From Haliotis rufescens (Eukaryota): DNA of 64,000 bases. Of the stretch, positions 47,581 through 60,918 are shown in pieces. The notes under the pieces are model-generated. The model worked only from the letters and a program-made list of their open reading frames with translations, searched no databases and was not told the origin of the DNA. The position numbers were made by a program, and so were the translations under genes. Location of the stretch: positions 22,134,001 through 22,198,000 of the forward strand of contig NW_025963824.1 of NCBI RefSeq assembly GCF_023055435.1, read 5' to 3'. The stretch's first letter is position 1; each line of letters opens with the position of its first letter.

Positions 47581-48935
47581 CTTGCAACAAAAGACAAAAC
47601 AGAGATCGATATAAAGCATGAAAGTCAAGCGGTCCCTGGCATAACCCTGATTTTAACTGCTGAAAACTCAGAGGGTTTCTAGATTCAAATATGATAGGAG
47701 CAAACATCAAGGATCCTAGGAACCCCTTAATTTAAAACCATAACGTACCTTGGAGGCAAATGATAATTTATGACATAGCCTGTTACAGTTTGAGATGTTA
47801 GGGTTGTTTCTGGGTTAGAATTCTAATTTAAATAATATCATTCATTACCAGGGTTACATTTTTTCCTCTTTCCTCAGTATCAAAAACAAGGAACATAACA
47901 TATAGCGACAACACAAGATGTTGTTGTGTTCTGGCACAAGTTACATTGCTTAGGACGCCGAGATGATGAAAACAAATCACCAATTCACAACAAGAGCATG
48001 ACAACAAGCTTTACCTCTGAGAACCTTTTATAAGTTTAGTTAAATACTATCATGACCATATAGACACTATAGAAAATCATCAAATTTTGACATTTTACTT
48101 TACTTTTACAAAATTGAATCTGAATGCACAATAAATAGGTAAGGATTTGACAAAAAAGATTCCTGCTGTCATAGTTTATGGCTAATTGGAATCGAACAAG
48201 ATTTAAACTAGAAATTTGAAAGTCATTACAGATTGAGTGGCACATCTGTGCAAAGCCCCAAATTATTTTTGGCAGTTCTTGCCAAGATAGCATCATGCAT
48301 AGAAGTCTGCGGAGAAACCTGAGCTCGGGCACAGATCACTCAGAAAGCTCTGGTAACGGCTGATGATGATCTCACATCAGCTGCACTTGCTTCAACACCA
48401 AGGACAGTTTGGAGTTCTGAAGGTTTAAATATTGACGGAGGGGATTCACGTTTGGATACATCAAAATGCTGATGGATCTGACATTGCTGGGGACGCCTCT
48501 CAGGTTGGTCAATGTTGTGTTTGTAATGACTAGAAGCCTTGTGTGATAAGATGTCATGCAGCACTCTCCTCACTGGGCTGGGTGCTGTGATGTAAAACTG
48601 TGCAGCAGCAGGTACGAGCAACCACCACCTCTGGGGACACACATCCACTCCTCAACTGTTGTCCAGCAGTGTCAGTACATGAGGGCGTGATTGGGCGAAG
48701 GGGTATGTAACTACTGCAGTTACATCACAGCGGGATCGATCCTGGCCCCGGCAAATCACACCGTATCACGTCATCACAGAATCAGCAAGTCACAGTCGAC
48801 ATGTGTCTCCTGTTGAGTCACCTCAACCATGTCCATCTCAGATATGAGCAAAATGAAGACACATGACCAATAGTCACAACTCATAACTGTTTTAAGTAAC
48901 TGTCTTTGGTATTTCTTGCCGAAAAGATCAGAGTA

Positions 48936-49322
48936 CCGTATATCGCTGTGTATAAGGCAACCCCACGTATAAGACGACCCCCCTGTACACGCCTTAAAAA
49001 TCAACCCAAAATCCTACCGTGTCAGCTGGTTTGACAATCTGCATCGAGGAGAGGGTCATTTCAACTTTATTTGCAGAAATTATTAAACTTTATTCAAGGA
49101 AAAGAGATACAAATAATGTTTATGTATGGAAATAGTTATTGGAACAGTTATTTAGGACGAAATGCGAAGTTTTATTGTCAAATGCTGGGCTGGCTATCGG
49201 ACGCCGGTTGACATCGCCAGTGGGAAAAAAATGTGAGATCTTCGACTCCGTGTATAAGACGACCCCCCTTCTTAGCCCCCTCATTTTAGGTACGAACTCG
49301 CCTTATACACAGCGATATACGG
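48936..49322. mobile_element. Tc1/mariner (pogo/Tigger-like) MITE
   Basis: Perfect 23-bp TIR ccgtatatcgctgtgtataaggc, TA TSD on both sides, internal gtataagacgacccc repeats. Confidence 0.92.
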
Positions 49323-50153
49323 TAGGTAAAAAAATAATTGATTCTTGATTATCCTTATAACATGTATAATTATGGAGTTACTGTTGTTTTACAAAGGGTA
49401 ATACTAGAGCCTTGACCATGCTTTGGCTTGTGAATAATCTTGTTAATGGAGTCTGGTACAGACAAACCACTACTCAAGTGAACCAGTCTATGTTATAGGG
49501 GTAGTGGCTCTCAGTATGGCCACACACTGTAACCACTTGATTTTATTTCATTATAGCTCAGCCAGCATGAGGTACAGTGGCCTATTCTACACCAGTCTAT
49601 ACACTGAACTCTATGACTATGAGGAGTTATCATGCCCAGCATGTACAGATAGTAGTGCTGTTTAACATGTCCAACAGGAGCAGATAGGTGTGTCCCTGTC
49701 TTCACCTTTATCCATTTCACAACAAGACATTTACCAATAGCTTCAGGAAAAAAAGACTTGATTTCTGGTGTCGAAGGAACCTGTTTTAACGATGTTAGGT
49801 GTGCCATTACAGTTTAAACCCCGTTGGAACCCCAACACAAGGAATACAGGTGTTCATGATATACAAACTGCTGTACACACAAATGTAGAAGCTTCACAAC
49901 ACCGCACTACTTTTAATGTGCCTTCTTCCATCGAGACAAACTCCACTGATTCATCGTGATTATCAAATCATAACCATGATAAATCAAATGTAAAATACCA
50001 TAATATCTACCAACGACGAACAAGTTATAACCATTACTAAGGACAAGACAACTGACCCTCCTTGAATTCCTCCATTGCGTCGAGTATACCAGTGTCGCGT
50101 CCGAGCGTCCACACAGGTGGACAGTGGTGGGAGAGACTGAAGGCCACGCTCAC

Positions 50154-50166
50154 CGGAATGTCCCAT
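50154..50166 (-). CDS. Candidate upstream/alternative first coding exon of tropomodulin (MGHS-)
   Basis: aaacATGGGACATTCCG|gtgagc; phase 1 joins in frame to the exon at 41278 to give MGHSDLTSAMSAIL; local CpG retention. No transcript evidence. Confidence 0.3.
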
Positions 50167-52905
50167 GTTTACTCTTAATTACAAAGGCCATTGATGAGGG
50201 AACTGAGTGACCCTTTTACACTCAACAATACAAAGTGAAATTTCCCACAATGAGCCTATTCTTAAACCAAATTGGGTGATTGTAAGGATAATATCATTTG
50301 AGCTGATTAAGTTATTTTCTCACGAGTCACATATATAACTAATGAAACAGGGAAATGTATTCTAATCAGAGAAATGTATTGCAATGTGGACATGTCAGTG
50401 TAAGTAATTTCTTTCAAAGTAGGTGGATGTGATATAGCATAAGTTGCCAATGGTTATACTGTTATATGCATGTTAATAATAATACGCAGAAAAGTAAACA
50501 ACTGGCATGTAAGATTTGATAAGTATTTAATTTATACAACCTTTATATTTCTTTTCAGACTTTGGTACAATGAATATTATTATCCTTGGGAGGCAATATT
50601 TTTTTCTCTGTGCCTGTTCTATACATTTGTAAGAAGTGGACGCACATTTCTGCGCCATGTAAAACCCTACATATAAATTATAGTATGTATGAAACTATCC
50701 CTCATCATGATGCTATACTTCTTGTGAAATACTGAAGGTAGACCAACATATATAGTCTCTGAAATAAAGTTCTCTAGACAAGCTAGAAGGTTAAATATCA
50801 ATAATTCTATACACACAATGAGGGAACCTTCGAGTACAAAGGATTCCTCCAGTCTCCTGATGTCAGACCAAGAACTGAGGATCAGGGAAGAGCACTGGCT
50901 GCGTAGAGCTGAGAAGGGGTCAGAGCGGAATTTTCAAGGGTGTTCACTGTTTTATTAAACATATATCCGATATACTCTCTGGTTCTGTAAGAAGGGATAC
51001 ATAGAAGGCTGCTGAATGGCATTAGCATCACAAATATTGGGATCATGATCATGACTCCTTATCTGTTCTGAAGGGGGACATAGGTGTATGGTCGACAGAA
51101 CCAAATAATATATATATCATGAAAACAGTAATATCTTGTATAAATGCTGTAATATAATATGTCTGTTTAAAAAGGTTATTAATACCTATGCCGTTTACAT
51201 AACACGACATATCGCAACATCATCAACAATGACAGACCATATGCCCACATTGTGTGAACTATTTATGCCAGAATCATGACTTGCATCACTACGGATACAA
51301 TCAGGACATTTAATTGAATATTTTCAACACAAAGTACATCAAATACACAGTTTCATTAATTCAGGGGAAGCCCATTGTTCCCCCTACCATCTCACAAAGA
51401 CAAAAAAACAGCAGCAAGTTTCTTTGCTATCACTGACTATGTGAACCCTTAAAAACAATTGTCAATCCTTACCAGCTGAGAAATCCTGGTATTGTAGTAG
51501 TGATCTACCCACGTCCACTAGCTGACTGACCACCTGGGCCGAGGCCACCCACTATTTACATAAGGTAGGTAACATGGGGCGGCTGATTCAACATTACATA
51601 ACACCATGCTGTGTGCAGACTCCCAGGAGAGTGGGGCACAGGGCTGCTCTCTCACTGGTCTCACAGTATGTCTGTAATGTTAGTCTGGACATGCTCTGTT
51701 ACATCCCCTCAATGAATAGGAGTAATTACTGGATGTGTGGATGCCCAAACTTTACACCAATGCCTTTACATCAACCTTGTTTAGTCAACCAACATGCTTT
51801 TTAACATTTCTTGGTGTGCTGATCTTATCACGCTTATTGCAGAACTTCCTGGTTTGTGCACTTTGTGGTCATGGTGGTTGGGAAAATGTAAACATAAAAA
51901 GACAATTCAGATGTTTTCTTTTGTTCTTTAAAGACTTACTAGAATCTGTTCCCATGGGAGCAGCGTTAGTTCTGAAAGCTTGTCTTGTCTGTCTTAAAAT
52001 TTAACTTATTGTAAGAAAATGTTTTTGTGGTGAACATAACATAAGTGGAATAATATTTGTTGTACTTTTCAGATTTATTTTATTCCTACCGTTCATTATC
52101 TTAGGGGTGTTAGGATTAGTATACCAAGCTTCATCCTGTGCCACATATCACTGTGACTGAACTTGACTTGTTGTCAGGGTATTAGCAGCTGCACTTGAAG
52201 CTGCTTGGTTCTAAGCAGTTTCTATTGGGGGTTACAGGGTTAATTAACTGGCACATTCCAGGCTGAATCTCCCTGTGTGTGATGAGACAACACACTGGCC
52301 ACCAGGCCCCTCCCAGGCTTGTGTTTGCAGGGACCACAACACACACCTACTTTCAACACCCTCGTGCCCCACAGGCTGGTGTCTGCACACATCTCTGTCA
52401 TCATAACATGTCATCACTGTAGCCTGCACTCTTACAGCCACACATTCTTATTGACATCCTCGTGTTTCTTGCACTGCCAAAAAAGCTTTCGTGTTAGGAT
52501 ATTCAATTGTAACAAATCTAACATCAGATATCGGGGCTTTACCTTGACTCACACAAGTGGGGTCCAAGATACCCCCAATACTACATTCTAAGGGTCCTCT
52601 CAGGCAATATGACGGTCCTGTATACCCGGTAGTAATGAAATGGTGTAGTGTACGGTAAGTTTTGTTAATTACTTTAGAGCCTTGAATGAATCAATGAAAA
52701 TGATCATGTTGACAGTCAGGTCAATGGATGAAATGGCAGATACCCATAACTGCCCCTGATGTGATGTAGGTCCAATGAAGAACACTTGTGATTCATCTTC
52801 CAACTGTCACCAAGGCTAGATAATAAGCAGTAATATAGAAATCTAAATTTGAGCTAGCCCCCTTCCTTTTCACCCATAATTGATAATACCCAAAATAATT
52901 GTGAG

Positions 52906-53070
52906 CGAGTGAGTGAGTATGGTTTTACGCCGCTTTTAGCAATATTCCAGCAATATCACGGCGGGGGACACCAGAAAGTAGCTTCACATATTGTACCCAT
53001 GTCGGGAATCGAACCCGGGTCTTCGGCGTGATGAGCCAACGCTTTAACCACTAGGCTACCAGACCGCCCC
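52906..53070 (-). mobile_element. SINE family A
   Basis: Full length; TSD caaaataattgtgag/caaaatcattgtgag. Confidence 0.9.
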
Positions 53071-53734
53071 CAAAATCATTGTGAGCCTATACTGTGCATT
53101 AATCACATGTTCATCATTTTCCACGTGTTTGTCACACTTATCTGTGACCATGGGTATCACAGAATAAACATCTCACAAGATACCATATTTAAGTCTAACT
53201 TTCAGGCCCTGGGAACTTATAATAAGCCTGTCATATTGATTTTAACCATGCCTTTGCACTAAAAAACACAAGGAATTTCTAACCATGAACATTGTCTAAA
53301 AATATCCTAATTTTCATTACCCAGAGACCATATAAAAAATACCCAATGTCCAAGTTCCTGCAGTTTGCCAACTGGATGACCTTTAAACATGCCCAAGGTC
53401 TACTGACTGAGACTGCAACTTGGACAAGCATGATGGGAATAAGCATGATACCGAGAAGATGTGTGACATGAATACATCATCCAAGGCATGATCATGTTTT
53501 AGTTACGTTTGGCAATGATATACAGTTATATACAGGGGATATACACAAGTTCGATTTTTTTTAGTTAAAATGATGAACATGTCTTAATGACTTTTGTCTC
53601 TTCCAAAATCTCTGGACATATATCTGTGTATGTTATCATCCAAAACCAAAATGGGACTAATAAATTCCAGGAGGAATTTATCATACATATATTGTCACTT
53701 CATTTGTTGAACGTTTCTGTCAGCTCATAAGATG

Positions 53735-55860
53735 CAGTGCCAGAAACTAACAGTTTGAGCCCACTAGTCCTTGTGATGATATAGCAAAACCCTTAACAAC
53801 CTAGGCACATTTCTACTGGTCCTTGTAATGATATAGCAAAACCCTTAACAACCTGGGCACATTTCTACTGGTCCTTGTAATGATATAGCAAAACCCTTAA
53901 CAACCTAGGCACATTTCTACTGGTCCTTGTAATGATATAGCAAAACCCTTAACAACCTGGGCACATTTCTACTGGTCCTTGTAATGATATAGCAAAACCC
54001 TTAACAACCTAGGCACATTTCTACTGGTCCTTGTAATGATATAGCAAAACCCTTAACAACCTGGGCACATTTCTACTAGTCCTTGTGATGATACAGCAAA
54101 ACCCTTAACAACCTAGGCACATTTCTACTGGTCCTTGTAATGATACAGCAAAACCCTTAACAACCTGGGCACATTTCTACTAGTCCTTGTAATGATATAG
54201 CAAAACCCTTAACAACCTGGGCACATTTCTACTAGTCCTTGTAATGATATAGCAAAACCCTTAACAACCTGGGCACATTTCTACTGGTCCTTGTGATGAT
54301 ATAGCAAAACCCTTAACAACCTGGGCACATTTCTACTAGTCCTTGTAATGATATAGCAAAACCCTTAACAACCTGGGCACATTTCTACTAGTCCTTGTAA
54401 TGATATAGCAAAACCCTTAACAACCTGGGCACATTTCTACTAGTCCTTGTAATGATATAGCAAAACCCTTAACAACCTGGGCACATTTCTACTAGTCCTT
54501 GTAATGATATAGCAAAACCCTTAACAACCTGGGCACATTTCTACTAGTCCTTGTAATGATATAGCAAAACCCTTAACAACCTGGGCACATTTCTACTAGT
54601 CCTTGTAATGATATAGCAAAACCCTTAACAACCTGGGCACATTTCTACTAGTCCTTGTAATGATATAGCAAAACCCTTAACAACCTGGGCACATTTCTAC
54701 TAGTCCTTGTAATGATATAGCAAAACCCTTAACAACCTGGGCACATTTCTACTAGTCCTTGTAATGATATAGCAAAACCCTTAACAACATGGGCACATTT
54801 CTACTAGTCCTTGTAATGATATAGCAAAACCCTTAACAACCTGGGCACATTTCTACTAGTCCTTGTAATGATATAGCAAAACCCTTAACAACATGGGCAC
54901 ATTTCTACTAGTCCTTGTAATGATATAGCAAAACCCTTAACAACATGGGCACATTTCTACTAGTCCTTGTAATGATATAGCAAAACCCTTAACAACATGG
55001 GCACATTTCTACTAGTCCTTGTAATGATATAGCAAAACCCTTAACAACATGGGCACATTTCTACTAGTCCTTGTAATGATATAGCAAAACCCTTAACAAC
55101 ATGGGCACATTTCTACTGGTCCTTGTAATGATATAGCAAAACCCTTAACAACCTGGGCACATTTCTACTGGTCCTTGTAATGATATAGCAAAACCCTTAA
55201 CAACCTGGGCACATTTCTACTGGTCCTTGTGATGATATAGCAAAACCCTTAACAACCTGGGCACATTTCTACTAGTCCTTGTAATGATATAGCAAAACCC
55301 TTAACAACCTGGGCACATTTCTACTGGTCCTTGTGATGATATAGCAAAACCCTTAACAACCTGGGCACATTTCTACTAGTCCTTGTAATGATATAGCAAA
55401 ACCCTTAACAACCTGGGCACATTTCTACTGGTCCTTGTGATGATATAGCAAAACCCTTAACAACATGGGCACATTTCTACTAGTCCTTGTAATGATATAG
55501 CAAAACCCTTAACAACCTGGGCACATTTCTACTGGTCCTTGTGATGATATAGCAAAACCCTTAACAACCTGGGCACATTTCTACTGGTCCTTGTGATGAT
55601 ATAGCAAAACCCTTAACAACCTGGGCATATTTCTACTGGTCCTTGTGATGATATAGCAAACGATTAACAACCTGGGCACATTTCTACTGGTCCTTGTGAT
55701 GATATAGCAAAACCCTTAACAACCTGGGCATATTTCTACTGGTCCTTGTGATGATATAGCAAAACCCTTAACAACCTGGGCACATTTCTACTAGTCCTTA
55801 GGTTACCATAACTATGGGGCTGTTTGGTAAGGACTAGAGGATGTGCCAATTTCTAACATG
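53735..55860 (+). mobile_element. MITE with internal 52-bp unit expanded to ~39 copies
   Basis: Ends cagtgccagaaact / aatttctaacatg; both flanks are homologous to the monomer at 59884-60028. Confidence 0.85.
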
Positions 55861-58800
55861 TGTCTAATGCTGAGATGCCCTAAGTGCTTGAAAAGAAGCA
55901 CACCTATGCACCACCATTTAAGTCCAATAACTTAGAATACGCTGCTAAACCCCATTTAACCTCACCTCATCATACAAGGGAAATAAAGAAGACATATTTC
56001 TTCTTTCTACATGATATATGTCCTTGAACTACAATAGTCTGTTCCTGCTGCAGCTACTGAGCTAGTCATGCTATTCCTAGCCAATCAATTACTCTGCAAT
56101 ATTATTTTGAAGACACAAATCCATGATGTGAAGAATGAAATCCAGATGTCGTGGAGCCATGGTGGACATAAATCAGAGCAATTCCACATCCTTAATTGAA
56201 CCCGTGTGATGATGATAATATAGCAATGACCTGCAGTCTTCATGTAACAGGTGTGTTATTACTGAAGATGAAACAACATATGTTGATATCCCAGGTTGTC
56301 ATGGTAACTGTTAATATCTTACATTACTGACATGCATGAGAATCTTCCAGGAATAATTGGTTCCACGCTGACGTACAGGAAGAAGAATGTTCATGATATA
56401 TGTACCGACTGCACACGTATGTGCATGTCTGATGTCAGTAGGCTGTCTTTACATCAGCAGGCTGTGCCTGGGGAGGGTGGGCTGTACAACACCACCCATG
56501 GTTCTACTAACGTTTTTAAATTGCTGATCTTACAGATCCTGAAACAAATATATATCTAATACAGTCTATGCAAGCCTATAAAAGTTGGTAAGACTACAAT
56601 ACTGCAGTTCAGTCTCTGGGCTCCTCTTCATTATATTTTATTAAGATAATTTAACATCTGCTTTTTTCTGTAAAATATATTTTCAATTCCGAGGCTATAA
56701 TGTTAGCCTAACACATGGTCCTAACCGACTGGCAGCAAATTAAAATACTGGTACTGGCAAATTTATTCCCTGTCCATTTTCAAAATTTCATTTCAGAAAA
56801 AAACCCACTAAATAGGCACTATTAGGCCTTTCCTTCATCATTCTTATCAATACTAAATACTTTCTGTGCTTTAGCAAACAAGAGAGAATCGACTGTCAAC
56901 TGCTTGATAACCTTGTCATTTCTAAGTATGTATGATAGTCTCAATTAAGTTTGCCTTTAAACAACCGAAACAATTCAAGAGTACATCAGCCAAGGGCAAA
57001 AACCCTCAGTATGAAATGAGAGACGACTAACTTACAGATTGATACAGGGAAACGTGAGAAATACACCATCGTTTGTAAGGAAAAACAAACACTGAGAGGT
57101 CTGTGCTAATATTAATATTTTACATGGTGTAATGCTATGAAAATGCAGAGTTTTCTGTTCTCAGTTCAATAACAATGGTGCAGGTCTAAACATCGGAATT
57201 TCCTGGTCCAAGTTCTCTTTTACGACTCAGAAATCAACAATAACTGGAAAACAGTAACTGTGATCAGTCTTTGGCAAGTTTGGGGGTGAGACCTGGCAGA
57301 GTTTCAGGGTCGCTGACAAGCAGTAGCCATGTCTAACCCTGATTGTGTGTCAAGTTGAGCAACATTCCTCATGATCAGACAGATAGTTGTAAACTGTTTC
57401 CTTAGAACAGAGTCCGGAACCTGTCTCGGTTCGGTCTCATATTACAGGTTGGTTGGTTGGTTTGTTGTTTAACGCGGCACTGGGCAATATTCCAGCTATA
57501 TACAGGACTTCCTAGCTTCCAAGCAGCTAAAACTCCAAAATTATACTTAAAAAACAACCATTTACCCTCACAGATTTAGTTAAATTCATTTTTTGTTAAC
57601 TCTAATCCAAATGAAAAAAACCAAAACAAAATAATTCCCAAACTGTCATCATAAACAGTCATCATTGGAGAAGACATATAATTATGCAAACAAAATTGCA
57701 GTCTTCAAGGAAAGCTGGTCTTACACCTGACATGCTACAGAGAGCTACACAATATGCTGACTTGAAGATCTCGGGAGTTCAAACATGTCAAACTGTGTAC
57801 TTTATTGCAATAGTATCTAACCTAGAAACCTGTTCAATCTTCATTTTCAAACACTAAGATGAATATAACAAGTGCCCCTGAAGTGGTAACTAGCAAATGC
57901 ACTGCAGCAAATGTAAATATTACCATATTGGAACTAAAATTTTCTAAGTTCTTGTTAATAATGTTAAACAGTAACTAATGTTATTGCTTTTTGGGGGTGA
58001 CTTGTATATCACTGATAACCGGCTTTAAAGTAGCTTTAATACTTAATTCTACATTATTGCACTGAATGTTATATCAAAATATCTCAGAATCTAGAAAAAT
58101 AAGAACTCTGACAAAATAAAAATTTCCAATTTGTTGCTAAGGGCAGTGACTTAGTTTATAATTCCACTTCTAAGGTAAATCCCTGTATGGGGGAAGTGTC
58201 AATACTACATGTATGAACATGGTTAATGCTTCTGACTTGTACTGTTGTGAATAAATGTAGATTTGTCCCTGTATATTATGTCTCATATGTCATATTATAT
58301 AGCATGATATACATGATATAGTAAACATGGTCAAATGTGAATATATTACTAAAATAGTGAATCTAAATCCTAGAGAGGACTACAACCCTGACAACTACAC
58401 AACAAACAGGTGAGCCATCATGGCCACCGACATCGCTACTGTCCACAGAAAGTATGTTGGGACTCAGCGCAGTAATGCATTAGGCCTTAGTTGTTTAGTC
58501 GGCATCACAGTGAGTGAGAGAGTGAGTTGGGTTTAATGCCGCTTTTAAAAGTATTCCAGTTATATCACGGTGTGTCGGCATGACAGATTAGCTATAGTAA
58601 TAAGAAAGAATTGGGTGTTCTGTAACTTCTTTTGAGTAGTATATAAATAAAAATAAAAGGCCTTAGCATAATAAGTAACAAAAAAAAATGACGGTGTTAA
58701 AGTATGATTAGATAATAACCATTCAACAAAAATGAAAACTCTATTCGTTGAATCAACATTATCACAAGTCCTGCACCATGACTGTGGAATATATTTACTT

Positions 58801-58949
58801 TATGAAAACTTAACCAATCTACATATATATATATATGATGATGTTAGACATCAATTGTTAGTCTACGTTATCACCTAAATTCAGGCCAAATGAAACCTTG
58901 ATATACTTAAACACGTTATGCCTGATCCCAACCTGTAGTTTACTCATTT

Positions 58950-59201
58950 CAACAGCCAGTGTGACTACTTCATCTGTCTATATCTCACCTGCCCTGCTAC
59001 AACTGAACACCCAACAGCCAGTGTGACTACTTCATCTGTCTATATCTCACCTGCCCTGCTACAACTGAACACCCAACAGCCAGTGTGACTACTTCATCTG
59101 TCTATATCTCACCTGCCCTGCTACAACTGAACACCCAACAGCCAGTGTGACTACTTCATCTGTCTATATCTCACCTGCCCTGCTACAACTGAACACCCAA
59201 C
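58950..59201. repeat. 62-bp tandem repeat, 4 identical copies
   Basis: Unit caacagccagtgtgactacttcatctgtctatatctcacctgccctgctacaactgaacacc. Confidence 0.95.
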
Positions 59202-59883
59202 TGACAAGTGGGATTCAATAAGCGTCCTGTCCAGAAATAGATAGCCAATTTGAACCAAACTACCCCGGTAGTCCAACATAATCTGGGTAATGTGTGGTGA
59301 ATGAAAATTAGATTTCCTATCGCCTTTATCCAATGTGTGTTTTCAACAGTGCAGTGAACGGTATTGAGCAGCAAGGCAAGCCCTGACCCTGTTTGTTGAC
59401 CGACCTGTTCAGAATGGGTGACTGTGAGTTAGATAGCTACCTAGCTGTGGCTTAGCAAACATTGCATGCAGACAGCAGGCACTGTCAAACAATCCCACCA
59501 TTTACAAAAATCATTAATGAGGAATTCCGCTTATTGATAGTGTATTCAGTGGCTGAGATCCTTTATTTCTGGATGCAAGGGTCTATTAGTTTTCATGATG
59601 TAAACATCGCAGTTCAACATGTTCATGAGTCTATCCAAATATATTTCTGAGTTGAGTCTTTCCATCTAAATATATCTGATCATTACTGTATAATACTGAC
59701 TGGGCATGGGACATGTAGTATTTCTTTAGGTGCAATTCTTCAAGAGTTAACATCCAACTTTTCAACTTTCATTCCAAATTTTATTCTAGACCCTTGTGTT
59801 TCCATGGCAACAAGAGACGCCAATCATAGGTCGATACAGTTTTGAATATATTTCAACATGTGTAGAGTTACACTTTGCAGATG

Positions 59884-60028
59884 CAGTGTTAGAAATTGGT
59901 ACTAGTCCTGTAGTCCTTGCCAAACTGCCTAATCATAAGGACTAGTAGACGTTTGCCATTTTTAAGGGTTTTGCTATATGTTATCATTTTAAGGACTAGT
60001 GGGCTAAAACTGTTAGTTTCTACCGATG
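59884..60028 (-). mobile_element. Monomeric copy of the same MITE
   Basis: The reverse complement aligns to the left flank, a single unit and the right flank of 53735-55860. Confidence 0.85.
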
Positions 60029-60784
60029 AGATGACTGATTATACATATGGCTTCACATACTGATCTATCCGCCACAATTAGATATCCTTTGGTTTGGGTG
60101 AGTTAGGGTAAAAACCTCGTGTGAGAGGCCTGGATTTCTTGAAATGCAACTATGTACCATCATCAGATGTGTCTATCGCATCTAGTCTGACCTCTTTGGA
60201 ACAATTCTTCAAACACATGTGAAGATAGTGACTACTGACAGTTCGAGGGACTGGTCAGACAAGTTTAAGTTTTCACTCCCATGGGAACTGTGTCCATGGT
60301 GACCCCTTTTTCATGCAGAACACACGACTCAAAATTAACAGTACAAATTATATCCAGGAAAGAATTAGTTTTAGAAAAGATAAATATATCCAAGCATTTA
60401 TCTGAGCCGTTTTTCCCTTTTAGGGGTTTTCTCATCCCAGTGTCAAAGAGGTAAACAAAGACAATTGGAAAATGAGTATCAACATGATGACGGTAATATC
60501 GTAAACATCCCTGATCTCATTTTGAAAATGACCTTCAGTTGTTCTAACAGGCTACTTGTATTACTCTTCCTCACAAGATCAGGATATATGCACCAAAACA
60601 GAATAATTAAAGGCAAAGAGATATAGTGAAAGAAAGTGTAGGTTTGTATTTCCAACTGCAATACAAGATGTCCGTGGCAAGTCATCCAAGACACTGCAGT
60701 AGTGTTACAATGACTGTGTAATGATCCACTGCCTTCAATACTGTGGCGGGCCACAAAAACATGGGTTTGGTACCCACTCTTCCA

Positions 60785-60918
60785 ATGTCGGTATTCAATG
60801 CGGGTATTCAATTCAATATGGGTATTCAATGTGGGTATTTAATTCAATATGGGTATTCAATGTGGGTATTCAATTCAATATGGGTATTCAATGTAGGTAT
60901 TCAATTCAATGTGGGTAC
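60785..60918. repeat. Short 13/18-bp alternating repeat
   Basis: gggtattcaatgt / gggtattcaattcaatat units. Confidence 0.85.
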
